Source: Felis catus (Eukaryota). Taken from it: a stretch of DNA of 64,000 bases. The notes under the pieces are model-generated. The model saw only the letters and a program-made list of their open reading frames with translations. It did no database searches and had not been told where the DNA came from. The stretch is taken from the NCBI RefSeq assembly GCF_018350175.1, contig NC_058368.1, positions 160,644,001 through 160,708,000 of the forward strand. The letters are read 5' to 3'. The translations under genes were made by a program, and so were the position numbers. This document shows, in pieces, positions 12,422-24,894 of this stretch; position 1 is the first letter of the stretch, and the number at the start of each line of letters is the position of its first letter.

Positions 12422-15149
12422 AGAAAAGAGAGGCTTCTACTTGGAAACTTCTGTGGAATATGTCCCATTTTCATGCCTCCATAGGTGAACAAATCTAGTA
12501 TCTGTAAAAAATAAGCAATAGTGATAGTGGAGATATACAGTAATAACACAGTTCATGAGTTGTATGAAATTAAAAGCTAATGTTGTTGGCAGAATCATCC
12601 CTGTGGATATAAAAAAAATTGTGAGCCATTAGTAATACTAAGATTTTCCCACAAGTCAGCATAAAATTTTTGATACTAGTGATAAATATAATTAACAGCG
12701 AAGAACCATATAAACAAAGTTGTCGTAACTTCTACTATTTATCTTCAAAACTTGAGATTGCAATATTAAAACCTTTTCTATATCTGCTTTTAAAAGAATT
12801 GTGAATAATAATCAGAAACATTCCGTAAATGGGAAAATCACAGAAATACGGGGAAGGAAATAAATATTAACTACAAAAGGTTATCGTAGATACACAGCAT
12901 TATTTTTGTTACAAAGTGATATTTTGAGTAGAAAAAGTCAATGCATATAATTGGAACTGTAATTCAGGGTTTGAATTAAATATAATCTATCTTACACATA
13001 CATATACAAATTTACCTCATTATGTTTCCTATCTTGTGCACTGTATTTCAAATACAATTCTAATTGTCTTGTTTGACTTATTGAAGTAAAATACATGTGC
13101 ATACTCTTGAGTCATATATATGATATTATTTACTCACATGTGCAAAAGAGACAAAATTTGGACAAACACTTGCAAAATAATGGTTTTAAAATATTTTTGG
13201 CAGTGGAACTTTTTTTTTTTCCAAATAAAAATCTGGCTTTTAAAATCCATATACTAAAAAGAAAAACAAAACAAAACTATTTAAATACTGCCGATTCCAC
13301 TTTCTCCTCTGATCTTCCTCCTCATGGTGGGGATCTCCTCAGAACTTTCAGATCTGAAACTCAACTTGAAAGCCCCTTCCCAGGTACATCCTTGAAAATA
13401 GAATTGATCACAACTACAAAGGTGTAACAATTGACTTACTCATACAGAGCTTTGCTCTGAGCCCATTAATTAGTAAATATTTACTGAACCTTGGGTCCTT
13501 TAGTAGAATTCATAAAGGAGCAAGGAAGAAAGTACAAGTTAGTAACAGCATTAACTCCAACGACATTGGGCATAGTATATTAGGTATTAGTCCTAATAAG
13601 ATAAATGTACCAAACAGAAATAAGGATAGAGAAAAAAAAAAAAAAAGGCTTGAGGAAGAGGATGAAACAAAACAAAACAAAGCAGAAGTTCTTGAGTGCT
13701 ATTTAGAGCATTTTAGACAGTGTGGTAAAAAATATAGAAATGTTTAAAGTATGAAATATGATGGAAGCTGAGTTTGTAATGTAGTATGCATTTATGTATG
13801 CTAATGGAGGAGAAGCACTACGCTTCAGCCAGCCAACCAGACATCATTAAATGTCATTTATCTTGTTTAGCTTTTGGATTGCCACGGGAGTCTCTAATTC
13901 AGTGCATTTTCGATTTTCCCCTGTTCTGCCTGTGTCCTTCTGAACTCGCCCTGAAATGAGGAAGCAAGTCCAGTGGGACACTGTGTGATATCCTGGTGGG
14001 CTTCACTGTGTATGAATGATCTTTTAATCTGTGGTGCATCCCTACTTAGCTTCTGTTGTGGAAGCTTCCTGACATTGCTGTTTTTTTTTTTTTTAATTTG
14101 ATTTTGCTATTCAGTGATTCCGTCACTCATGTGATTTACATTTTTGATGAGTACACTCTTGGGAACTCTGCATACTTCAGCATTGAAGGAAGGAATGTTT
14201 GAATGTTTTTAATAGTGACTATTATACATAGCTGACAAACCAAGCAGAAAATGTACTTTATTGCTATACATCTCAGTTGCTATCATGGACATATTATTTA
14301 AGAAACAAGGGAGGCATTCTAGCTTGTATGGTGCCACAGCTCACTTGTAGGGTGGTCCTTGGTTGGGGAGGGAAAAAGCCTAGAGTCAGCAGCTGTGTGA
14401 CATCAGGAAGCTTGAGCAGGAAATGTAATAGGGAGGAAATCAGAAGCTAGTTTTTAAAATGTGGGATTTTTATTGTGTTTTTCATTATACTTATCCTAAT
14501 ATTTTTAAATAGTGTGTATTTTCTTTTTTTCATTGCAAAAAAATGCTAGGATTTTCTCTCTAAAAGGCCTTAGCACATGAAGTAATTTTATATTAATCAT
14601 TGCTTAAGGAGTTTTTGGCAGAATTGCTGCTCAGGTTTTGATTCCTTTACAATTACAAGACTCATCTTATTTAAACTTCTAGATATTTCTTAGAATTTTC
14701 ATTGCCAGTTGCTGCTTATAACCGATTTGGTAGTTTAACCATAGTATAACATCATTTTCTTCAATTTCAAATATATTTTAGGAACTCTTAGAGACTATGC
14801 CATGCTTGTTACAATTTCAGATGAGTTCCTGATGTCCTGAAATTTCCTCATTAATTTGTTTAATTTAATTGACTGTGCTTATGCTTCAAATGAACTGTAT
14901 GTAATCATGACCATAACCATAGTTAAAAATGTAATTTAAATACTATAACATTTTTAAAAAGAAAATGAATATGTGATAATAAAAATCTCAAAAGTCAGAC
15001 ATTTTAAGACTCTTTTTTCTTATTGGAAAACTCCCTGAAAGTTAAAAAAAAAAAAGCCATATATTTCTAAAGTATTTAATGGAACCCAAATTTGCTAGGA
15101 ACTTTAATAATTTATGTCACTTTTAATGGTTTAATAAAATACCACAGGG

Positions 15150-15845
15150 AAATTAAAGTTTCTCACAAGTCCTGAGGCAGTATGGCATGCTTAAAGAGGG
15201 CACATGGGAAGTGGGGTCCAGGCAGGAAAGGGCAATGGGACCTGGAGCATGTGGCTCTGTTAGGGTCCATGGTGGAGGCCTTTGTGATTCCTGAGCTAAA
15301 GCTGGATTGGTCAATTTAAACCAAAAAGAGAGGGAGGCAAACCATAAGAGACTCTTAACAATAGAGAACAAACTGAGGGCCGCTGGAGGGGAGGTGGGCC
15401 GGGGGTAAGGGCTAAATGGGTGATGGCTATCAAAGAGGGCACTTGTTGGGATGAGCATTGAGTGTTGTATGTAAGTGATGAATCACTACATTCTACTCCT
15501 GAAACCATTATTACACTATATGTTAACTAGCTAGAGTTTAATTAAAAACTTGAAACAAAAAAATAGAACAAAAAAGAGTGGGGTTTTGGTAAGCTCCACA
15601 GGGATCTTTTCTAAGGGGCATACAAGGGGAAGACCCTAAGAGGCATGAGAGACTGTTGCTCACAAGGGGTGTTGGAGTAGTTGTGTCAGGAGCTCACATT
15701 TGCTGTGACTCTGTGGGCTGCTATCTTGGGGATGCAATTATGGGATGGCTAGTCTTATTTCAAGACCTCTGTAGTCTGCATGGCCACATAAACGGATGCT
15801 AAGGCAGCACTCTCATGGAGTGGTTTAACTAAACTCTGGACTCAC
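15150..15845. mobile_element. Old ERV LTR remnant (possibly LTR41-like) split by an L1 3' end
   Basis: GC-richer LTR-like sequence continuous across the L1 insert. Family name tentative. Confidence 0.5.
15329..15566 (+). mobile_element. Short carnivore L1 3' end
   Basis: Matches the 3'UTR at ~6920-7130. Flanked by aac(c/a)aaaaagag duplication. Confidence 0.92.
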
Positions 15846-15884
15846 ACACTCACCCAGGTCAATAACAAGTGAAACTGGAGAAAC

Positions 15885-16050
15885 TTGAGTAAGACTGGTG
15901 CAATGTATAAATATCAATATATCGGTTGTAATATTATACTATAGTTTTGCAAATTTCCTTGGCGGAAATAGGGTAAAATATACACAGGATCTCTTTGTAT
16001 ATTTCTTAGAGCTTTGTGTGAATCTAGAATTGTCTCAATAAACATTTTAA
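15885..16050 (+). mobile_element. Ancient L1M 3' end fragment
   Basis: ggtaaaatatacacaggatctctttgtatatttctt...gaatctagaattgtctcaataaa. Confidence 0.7.
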
Positions 16051-16374
16051 TTAACATGGTAAAAAAATACATGTTCATTATAAAATATTTAGAAAGTAAA
16101 ATAAATCCAAAGAGGAAAGTTGCCTCTGAATACATATTTGTGTTCACTGTTTTCCTCATCCTTTTCAGGGCACTTTCCAGACAGTGAAATAGTGTGATCC
16201 AGTTTCCAAATACCTGTCCCAAATAAGATAACTGTGCTAGGGTCTAAGCAAATAATATTAACTGAGAAAGAGAAATTGTGGACTATTAGAAATATTGTGA
16301 AATTATTATAGCCTTTTTTTAATGACTGTTGGAAATACTTCCATATGCATCATAATTTATGGCGGAAATTGTAA

Positions 16375-16500
16375 CACTTTGGAGTTGGAATAAACCTCAG
16401 TAGTCCAACCACTTTATTTCTCATATGGGGAAACAGGTGTACAGAAGTTCAGTGATTCTCCAAGAGTGCACAGCTGCTGAGTGGCAGAGGTGGGATCATC
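16375..16500 (-). mobile_element. MIR fragment
   Basis: tagtccaacc...atatggggaaacaggtgtacagaagttcagtga...gtggcagag. Confidence 0.65.
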
Positions 16501-16554
16501 AGTGTGGCACTCATACTGTGACACCATACAACCCATAGTGGTATCTAACAGCAT

Positions 16555-16804
16555 TTTTTTAATTTAAAAAAATATATATTTTTTGTTTTCAATATTTAAT
16601 TTAATTATTTTGAGAGAGTGGAAGAGAGAGAGTGAGAGCGGGGGGGGGGGGGCGCAGAGAGATGGAGAGAGAGAGAATCCCAAGCAGGCTCTACACTGTC
16701 AGTGCAGAGCCCAACACAGGACTCGAGCTCACCAACCCTGAGATGCTGACCTGAACTGAAACCAACAGTAAGATGCTCAACTGACTAAGCCACCCACAGG
16801 CCCC
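16555..16804 (-). mobile_element. Can-SINE
   Basis: Body plus tail. TSD-like taa(c/t)agcattt. Confidence 0.93.
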
Positions 16805-16833
16805 TACATAATAGCATTTAAAAAGCATTTTTA

Positions 16834-16987
16834 GGGGCATGTGGGTGGTTTAGTCAGTTGAGCATTTGACTCTTGGTTTCGACTCAGGTCAGCATCTCAG
16901 GGTTGGTGAGTTCAAGCCCTGTGTTGGGCTCTGCACTGACACTGTGGAGCCTGCTTGGAAGTCAATAAATAAACAAATAAATAAATA
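16834..16987 (+). mobile_element. Can-SINE lacking the CT-rich segment
   Basis: Head and body join directly to the AATAAA tail. Confidence 0.9.
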
Positions 16988-17333
16988 AGCATTGTTTATA
17001 CTTAATGATTGTGCCGTTCTTATATTTCAAAATTTCACTCTCGGATTAAGAAACACACTTTAAACCGGAGGCCTGTATTAAACTTCATTTTAGAACATAT
17101 TAAATGATTCTGGAAATGTGTGTTCTGTTGAGATCTTCAAAGTTATCAGGAGTACAGTGGATGCTAGAGTTTGACATTAATTTCTCAGAACGAAATGGCA
17201 GTGTCTTATGATGGTACTCATCTGAAGTGACTAAAGTATAGATGAACACTCATCACCTCATTCATAATTATTTTAAGGAGTTTGTTGCTACTCATTTATT
17301 TTTCTTTTCACAGTCTCTCATTCGAGCACTCAC

Positions 17334-17475
17334 CTTCATGGTTTTATTCATCTGACACATCTTAGAATATTTCTCAGAATTCAGTAAATGTTTGTGAAGC
17401 TTTACAATTACTTAAAAACTATCTGTCAGTGAGTGATTAACATTAGTCAACTATATCCTAGTCTGAGAAATTTCA
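17334..17475 (-). pseudogene. Pseudo-exon 142 nt, phase 2-0
   Basis: gatctttttacag|T...ATGAAG|gtgagt. Best frame: EISQTRI*LTNVNHSLTDSF*VIVKLHKHLLNSEKYSKMCQMNKTMK. Confidence 0.6.
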
Positions 17476-20400
17476 CTGTAAAAAGATCACATAATGTGAG
17501 GATTAGAGAAATAAGGGCATTTTTCTAAGCACAGCATGTGCTTTGCCGCATTAACATATATGCTCCCATTGCAATAAAATGGCTTATCCAAAAATGTTGA
17601 CAGGTTTAGCAGAAAAATAAATTATAAATATATTAAAAGTATTAAAATACAAAACATTTAGAAAAATCAGTATTAAAAATATTTTTTAGACATATACAAA
17701 ATTGGAATTTTAAATCATGGGAGAAACCTAGTGTAATATTAAATCCTTAATGCCCAGCCTCAGCCCCAAATCTGTCTGCTTTTCTTCATTTCTATTGCCA
17801 GTTTTTACCTCTCACATTTCCTAATGCAAGAACTCTTTTTTTTAATTTTTATTTATTTATTTTTTTCAACATAATACTTTTTTTTTTTTTAATTTACATC
17901 CAAATTAGCATATAGTGCAATGATGATTTCAGGAGTAATTCCTTAGTGCCCCTTACCATTTAGCCCATTCCCCCCTCCCACACCCCCTCCAGTAACCCTC
18001 TGTTCTCCATATTTATAAGTCTCTTATGCTTTGTCCCCCTCCCTGTTTTTATATTATTTTTGTTTCCCTTCCCTTATGTTGATCTGTTTTGTCTCTTAAA
18101 GTACTCATATGAGTGAAGTCATATGATTTTTGTCTGACTGACTAATTTCACAGCATCATACCCTCCAGTTCCATCCACGTAGTTGCAAATGGCAAGATTT
18201 CCTTCTTTTTGATTCCTGAGTAATACTCCATTGTATATATATATACCACCTCTTCTTTATCCATTCATCCATTGATGGACATTTGGGCTCTTTCCATACT
18301 TTGGCTATTGTTGATAGTGCTGTATAAACATGGGGGTGCACGTGTCCCTTCAAAACAGCACACCTGTATCTTGTGGACAAATACCTAGTAGTGCAATTGC
18401 TAGGTAGTAGGGTAGTTCTATTTTTAATTTTTTTAGGACCCTCCATACTGTTTTCCAGATGGCTGCACCAGCTTGCATTCCCACCAACAATGCAAAAGAA
18501 ATCCTCTTTCTCCACATCCTCGCCAACATCTATTGTTGCCTGAGTTGTTAATGTGAGCCAATCTGACAGGTGTGAGGTGGAATCTCATTGTGGTTTTGAT
18601 TTGTATTTCCCTGATGATGAGTGATGTTGAGCATTTTTCATGTGTCGGTTGGCCTTCTGGATGTCTTCTTTGAAGAAGTGTCTGTTCATATCTTTTGCCC
18701 ATTTCTTCACTGGATTATTTGTTTTTTGGGTGTTGAATTTGATAAGTTCTTTATAGATTTTGGATACTAACCCTTTATCTGATATGTTGCTTGCAAATAT
18801 CTTCTGCCATTCTGTCGGTTGCCTTTTAGTTTTGCTGATTGTTTCTTTCGCTGTGCAGAAGCTTTTTATTTTGTTGAGGTCCCAGTAGTTCATTTTTGCT
18901 TTTGTTTCCCTTGCCTCCAGAGATGTGTTGAGTAAGAAGTTGCTGCGGTCAACATCAAGATCATTTTTGCCTGCTTTCTCCTCGAAGATTTTGATGGCTT
19001 CCTGTCTTACATTTAGGTCTTTCATCCATTTTGAGTTTATGTTTGTGTATGGTGTAAGAGTGGTTCAGGTTCATTATTCTGCGTATTTCTGTCCAGTTTT
19101 CCCAGCACCACTTGCTGAAGAGACTGTCTTTATTCCATTGGATATTCATACGTTTGTGGGTCCATTTCCGGGTTCTCTATTCTGTTCCATTGATCTGAGT
19201 GTCTGTTCTTGTGCAAGTACCATACTGTCTTGATGATGACAGCTTTGTAATATAGCTTGAAGTCTGGGATTGTGATGTCTTCTACTTCGTTTTTTTTTTT
19301 TTTTTTTTTTCAAGATTGCTTGGGCTATTTGGGGTCTTTTCTGGTTCCATACAAATTTGAGGATTGTTTGTTCTAGCTCTGTGAAGAATGCTGGTGTTCT
19401 TTTGATAGGTTGCGTTGAATATGTAGATTGCTTTGGGTAGAGATTTTAACAATATTTGTTCTTTGTATCCAGGAGCACGGAATCTTTTTCCATTTTTTTA
19501 TGTTTTCTTCAATTTCTTTCATAAACTTTCTACAGTTTCAGTGTATAGATTTTTCACCTCTTTGGTTAGATTTACTCCTAGGTATTTTATGGTTTTAGGT
19601 GTAACTGTAAATGGGATCTTCCTGTCGCTTCATTGTTGGTGTATAGGAATGCAACCGATTTCTGTGTGTTGATTTTCTATCCTGCAACTTTGCTGAATTT
19701 ATGAATCAATTCTAGCAGTTTTTTGGTGGAATCTTTTGGGTTTTCCATATAGAGTACCATGTCATCTGCAAAGAGTGAAAGTCTGACCCATTCCTGGCTG
19801 ATTTAGATGCCTTTTATTTCTTTGTGTTGTCTGATTGCTGAGGCTAAGACTTCCAATGCTATGTTGAATAACAGGGGCGAGAGTGGACATACTGTCTTGT
19901 TTCTGACCTTAGGGGAAAAGCTCTCAGTTTTTCCCCATTGAGGATGATATTAGCATTGGGTCGTTCATATATGGCTTTTATGATCTCGAGGTATGCTCCT
20001 TCTATCCCTACTTTCCTGAGGGTTTTTATCAAGAAAATATGTCGTATTTTGTCAAATGCTTTCTCTGCATCTATTGAGAGGATCATGTGGTTCTTGTCAT
20101 TTCTTTCATTGTTGTGATGTTTCACATAGATTGTTTTGCAGATATTGAACCAGCCCTGCATCCCAGCTATAAATCCCATTTGGTCGTGGAGGATATTTTT
20201 TTTAATGTAATGTTGGATCCAGTTGGCTAATATCTTGTTGAGGATTTTTGCACCCATGTTCATCAGGGAAATTGGTCTATAGTTCTCCTTTTTAGCGGGG
20301 TCTCTGTCTGGTTTTGGAATCAAGGTAATTCTGGCCTCATAGAAAGAGTTTGGAAGTTTTCCTTCCATTTCTATTTTTTTGGAACAGCTTCAAGAGAATA

Positions 20401-23023
20401 GGTGTTAACCCTTCCTTAAATGTTTGGTATAATTCCCCTGGAAAGCCATCTGGCCCGGGACTCTTGTTTTTTGGGAGATTTTTGATTACTAATTTGATTT
20501 CCTTACTGGTCATTGGTCTGTTCATATTTTCTATTTCTTCCCGTTTCAGTTTTGGTAGTGTATATGTTTCTAGGAATTTGTCCATTTCTTCCAGATTGCA
20601 CTTTTTATTAGCATATAATTGCTCATAATATTCTCTTATTATTGTTTGTAGTTCTGCTGTGTTGGTTGTGATCTCCCCTCTTTCATCCTTGATTTTATTT
20701 ATTTGGGTCCTTTCCTTTTTCTTTTTGATCAAACTGGTAATGGTTTATCAATTTGGTTAATTCTTTCAAAGAACCAGCTTCTTGTTTCATTGATCTGTTC
20801 TGTTTTTTTGGTTTTGATAGCATTAATTTCTGCTCTAATCTTTATTATTTCTTGTCTTCTGCTGGTTTGGGGTTTTATTTGCCTTTTCCAGCTCTTTAAG
20901 GCATAAGGTTAGGTTGTATATCTGAGATCTTTCTTCCTTCTTTAGGAAGACTTGGATTGCTATATACTTTCCTCTTATGACCGCCTTTGCTGCATCCCAG
21001 AAGTTTCAGGTTGTGGTGTTATCATTTTCATTAGCTTCCATATACTTTTTAATTTCCTCTTTAACTGCTTGGTTAGCCCATTCATTCTTTAGTAGGATGT
21101 TCTTCAGTCTGCAAGTATTTGTTATCTTTCCAAATATTTTCTTGTGGTTGATTTTGAGTTTCATAGCATTGTGGTCTGAAAATATGCACGGTATGATCTT
21201 GGTCTTTTTGTACTCATTGAGGGCTGATTTGTGTCCCAGTATGTGTTCTATTCTGGAGAACATTCCAAGTGCACTGGAGAAGAATGTATATTCTGCTCCT
21301 TTAGGATGAAATGTTCTGAATATATCTGTTAAGTCCATCTGGTCCAGTGTGTCATTCAAAGCCATTATTTCCTCGTTGATTTTTTTATTAGATTTTCTGT
21401 ACATTACTGTGAGTGGGGTCTTGAAGTCTCCTATTATGGTATTACTATCGATGAGTTTCTTTATGGTTGTGTAATTGATTTATATAATTGGGTGCTCTCA
21501 CATTTGGCGCATAAATGTTTACAATCATTAGGTCTTCTCAGTGGATAGACCCCTTAATTATGATATAATGCCCTTCTTCATCTCTTGTTAGAGTTTTTAT
21601 TTTAAAGTCTAGATTGTCTGATATAAGTATGTTTACTCCAGCCTTATTTTGTTGACCATTAGCACGTAGATGGTCTCCATCCCCTTACGTTCAATCTGAA
21701 CATGTCTTTAGGTCTAAAGTGAGTCTCTTATAAACAGCATATAGACGGATCTTGTTTTCTTATCCGTTCTGTTACCCTATGTTTTTTTTATTGGAGCATT
21801 GAGTCCATTGACATTTAGAGTGAGTACTGAAATATGTGAATTTATTGCCATGATATCACTTGTAGATCAGAGTTTCTGGTGTTGTTCTCTTGTCCTTTCT
21901 AATCTTTGTTGCTTTTGATATACATGTATATATTTTTTTCATCTTTTCTCTCCTCAGAGAGTCCCCCTTAAAATTTCTTGCAGGGCTGGTTTAGTGGTCA
22001 CAAACTCCTTTAATTTTTGTTTGTCTGGGAAACTTTTTGTCTCTCCTTCTATTTTGAATGACAGCCTTGCTGGATAAAGAATTCCTGGCTGCATATTTTT
22101 CTGATTCAGCACATTGAATATATCCTGCCACTCTTTTCTGGCCTGCCAAGTTTCTGTGGATAGGTCTGCTGCAAATCTGATCTGTCTTCCCGTGTAGGTT
22201 AAGGATTTTTTTTTTTCCCTTGCTGCTTTCATGATTCTCTCCTTGCCTTAGTATTTTGTGAATTTGATTATGATAAGCCTTGCTGGTGGTTGGTTTTTGT
22301 TGAATCTAATGGGAGTCCTCTGTTCTTCCTGGATTTTGATGTCTGTGTCTTTCTGCAGGTTAGGAAATTTTTCCACCATGATTTGTTCACATAACCCTTC
22401 TACCCCAATTTCTCTCTCTTCCTCTTCTGGGACCCCTATGATTCTGATGTTGTTCCTTTTTAATGAGTCATTGATTTCTCTAATTCTTAAATTGTACTCT
22501 TTTGCCTTAATCTCCATCTTTTTTTTCTGCTTCGTTATTCTCCATAAGTTTGTCCTCTATATCACTGATTCTCTATTCTGCCTCATCCATCCTTGCCACT
22601 GCAGCATCCATTTGTGATTACTGCTTAGTTATAGTATTTTTTATTTTATCCTGACTAGTTTTTACTTCTTTTATCTCCACAGAAAGGGATTCTAATCTAT
22701 TTTTGACTACAACTAGTATTCTTATTATTGTGATTCTAAATTCTGGTTCAGACATCTTGCTTGTATCTGTGTTGGTTAAGTCCCTGGCTGTCATTTCTTC
22801 CTGTCTTTTCTTTTGGGGTGAATTCCTTCATTTCATCATTTTGAAGGGAGAAAAGGAATTAATGATGTAGAAAAAATTAAAATTAAATAATTAAAATAAA
22901 AAAACATTAAAATTAAAAAAAATAAAAAGACACATACGCACTAGGTGTGTTTTGGTCTGTGTGTTGAAAGTGGCTTGATAGATTAGAAAAAAAAGGGGAA
23001 AGAAGAAAAAAAAAAAAGAAACC

Positions 23024-23450
23024 TTTGAAAATTTGAAAAAATGAATACCCTGGAGTAGACTAAAATGAAATGATGGAAGTAAACTAGAATTTGCAAAAAT
23101 TTACACAAAGTAAAAAATATAGTAGAAAAAATTAAAGAAAAATATTTTTAATAAAAATTAAAAATAAAGATGAATTTTTTCTCTTTCTGTATTCAAGAAG
23201 AAAAGAAACGAAAAAAGGAGAAAAAGAGAAAAAAGGGAAATCATTTGAAAATTTGAAAAAATGAATACACTGAAGTACACTAAAATAAAATGATGGAAGT
23301 AAAATAGAATGAAGAAATTTACACCAAAGTAAAAAAAATATAGTAAAAAAATTAAAAATATTTTTAATAAAAATTGAAAATAAAAATAAATTTGTTCTCT
23401 TTCTGTATTCTAGAAAAAGAAATGAAAAAGAGAAACAAAAAGAAAAAATT
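23024..23450. repeat. Two ~220-bp AT-rich tandem units in L1 5'UTR
   Basis: tttgaaaatttgaaaaaatgaatac...ctctttctgtattc starts at ~23024 and again at ~23244. Confidence 0.9.
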
Positions 23451-24705
23451 GAATAGCTAGACCTGCTAACAGACTAAAATATGACTGAAATTAGTTCGTT
23501 TTCTCCTAGAAGTCAGACTATGAAGCACTTTATAGTCCATAAACTAAGCGGGCAGTGAGACTTCTGTTCTTGAAGGGCTAGGTTTGCCTAGTTGGGCGGG
23601 GCTTAGTGTAATGACTCCATTCTCCACTAGATTGCACTGCTAGCCTACTGGGGTGGATTGCTGTGCCGCTTGTAGGTGCATATGCGCATATGTGGTAGTG
23701 GTGAAAATGGCGTCATTCATCTACCCAGTCTCTAGTATCGGAACTCTGTATTCCCAGGTCAGCAATTGTGCACCCATCCTTTGTCTTCAGCTTTTATCCA
23801 CTCCCCTCTTTTACAATGTCCGTGACCAAGCCTCAGGTAGTACCTCTCTCCCAAGTTTTGTCTCAAATGTGGCTGTTTTCCCTGGCCCCTTACTTCTGAA
23901 GGACTGCAGCTTTGACCCATTCTGCCCCTCTGCGGGAGGGTCCCACCGAGCAGTGGCCAAATGCCAGCCACATCCAGGAAATTTGCATTACTGTGCTGCT
24001 ACTGAAGCCCAGAGACTGAGGCCAGGTGCCAGCCCGCCCCAGAAAAGGTTTGCGAGATAGTGTAGCAGCAGCGTTTCAGGGATTATGGAAAATCACAACA
24101 CACATAGGGGCCCAGGCTTCACCCTTAACAACCTTGTTACAGCACCAGCAAATGCAGCAGTTCTCTGGGGTCTGCCGGGCCTAGGTTGCCTCACAGCCAC
24201 TTCCAAATGTCCTTCCAGCAGTGGAACCGCTTCTCCTCATGTGGCCTTAGAACCTCCCAGACTCCACTCTGCTCCTGGGTATTTACCCTTCCCACCAGAG
24301 CATCATCAGGTATTGAGCTGTGGAGTTGCAGACTCTGTGTGCTCCCCCTGTTTACAGTCTTAATGGAATTTAAACCCTCTCCTTTCTCTCTTTTTAGTTC
24401 AGTCCCTGCAGCTGTTTCTAGTTTTCCACTTTCTCTCCAGCTGCTTTTGAGGAGGGGTCCTTTTCCTGTATTCTCCCCACCTTCTCCATCCTCTCTCCCC
24501 ACACAAAAGCACCTCCCTGCCCTCTACAGCTTCTCTGTCCCCAAGTGCACCTCTCTGCGCCGTGTACCTGCTGTACCTGTGGTTCAGGTTGTGCAGATTG
24601 TTGTGTTAATCCTCAGATCAGTTTTCTAGGTGTGGAAGATGGTTTAGTGTTGGTCTGGCTGTATTTCATGGATGTGAGACACACAAAAAACTTCCATGCT
24701 GTTCT

Positions 24706-24714
24706 GCCATCTTG
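24706..24714 (-). promoter_or_regulatory. YY1-like motif at L1 5' end
   Basis: CAAGATGGC immediately after the G-run that starts the element, the usual position in L1 promoters. Confidence 0.7.
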
Positions 24715-24742
24715 GCTCCCCCCCCCACCCATGCAAGAACTC

Positions 24743-24769
24743 TTAACCAACTGAGCCACCCAGGCGCCC
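24743..24769 (-). mobile_element. Tailless 27-nt Can-SINE 5' fragment
   Basis: Reverse complement is GGGCGCCTGGGTGGCTCAGTTGGTTAA, lying between two copies of the target duplication. Confidence 0.88.
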
Positions 24770-24894
24770 ACTGATGCAAGAACTCTTAAGGGACCCTCCT
24801 TTTTCCACGATTATCCTGCCTGCCACTTTTTTTAATCTTGGCATCTCGATTCACTTTTTATCTCTTTCATAAAAAAATAATAAAAAATAAGGAA

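Larger units (their letters stand above)
17838..24730 (-). mobile_element. Full-length (~6.9 kb) feline-type LINE-1, inactive
   Basis: G-rich 5' start with YY1-like CAAGATGGC, ORF1 ~22839-21954, ORF2 ~21851-18097 with FADD at 19761-19772, and poly(A). TSD atgcaagaactctt at 17824-17837 and 24731-24744. Both ORFs are broken. Confidence 0.98.

Noticed and set aside
17838..24730. Active L1 or functional reverse transcriptase gene
   Set aside because: ORF1 and ORF2 are fragmented by stops, frameshifts and small deletions.
23653..24754. Cluster of 70-147 aa ORFs
   Set aside because: They lie in the GC-rich L1 5'UTR, where stops are scarce, and show no recognisable protein.
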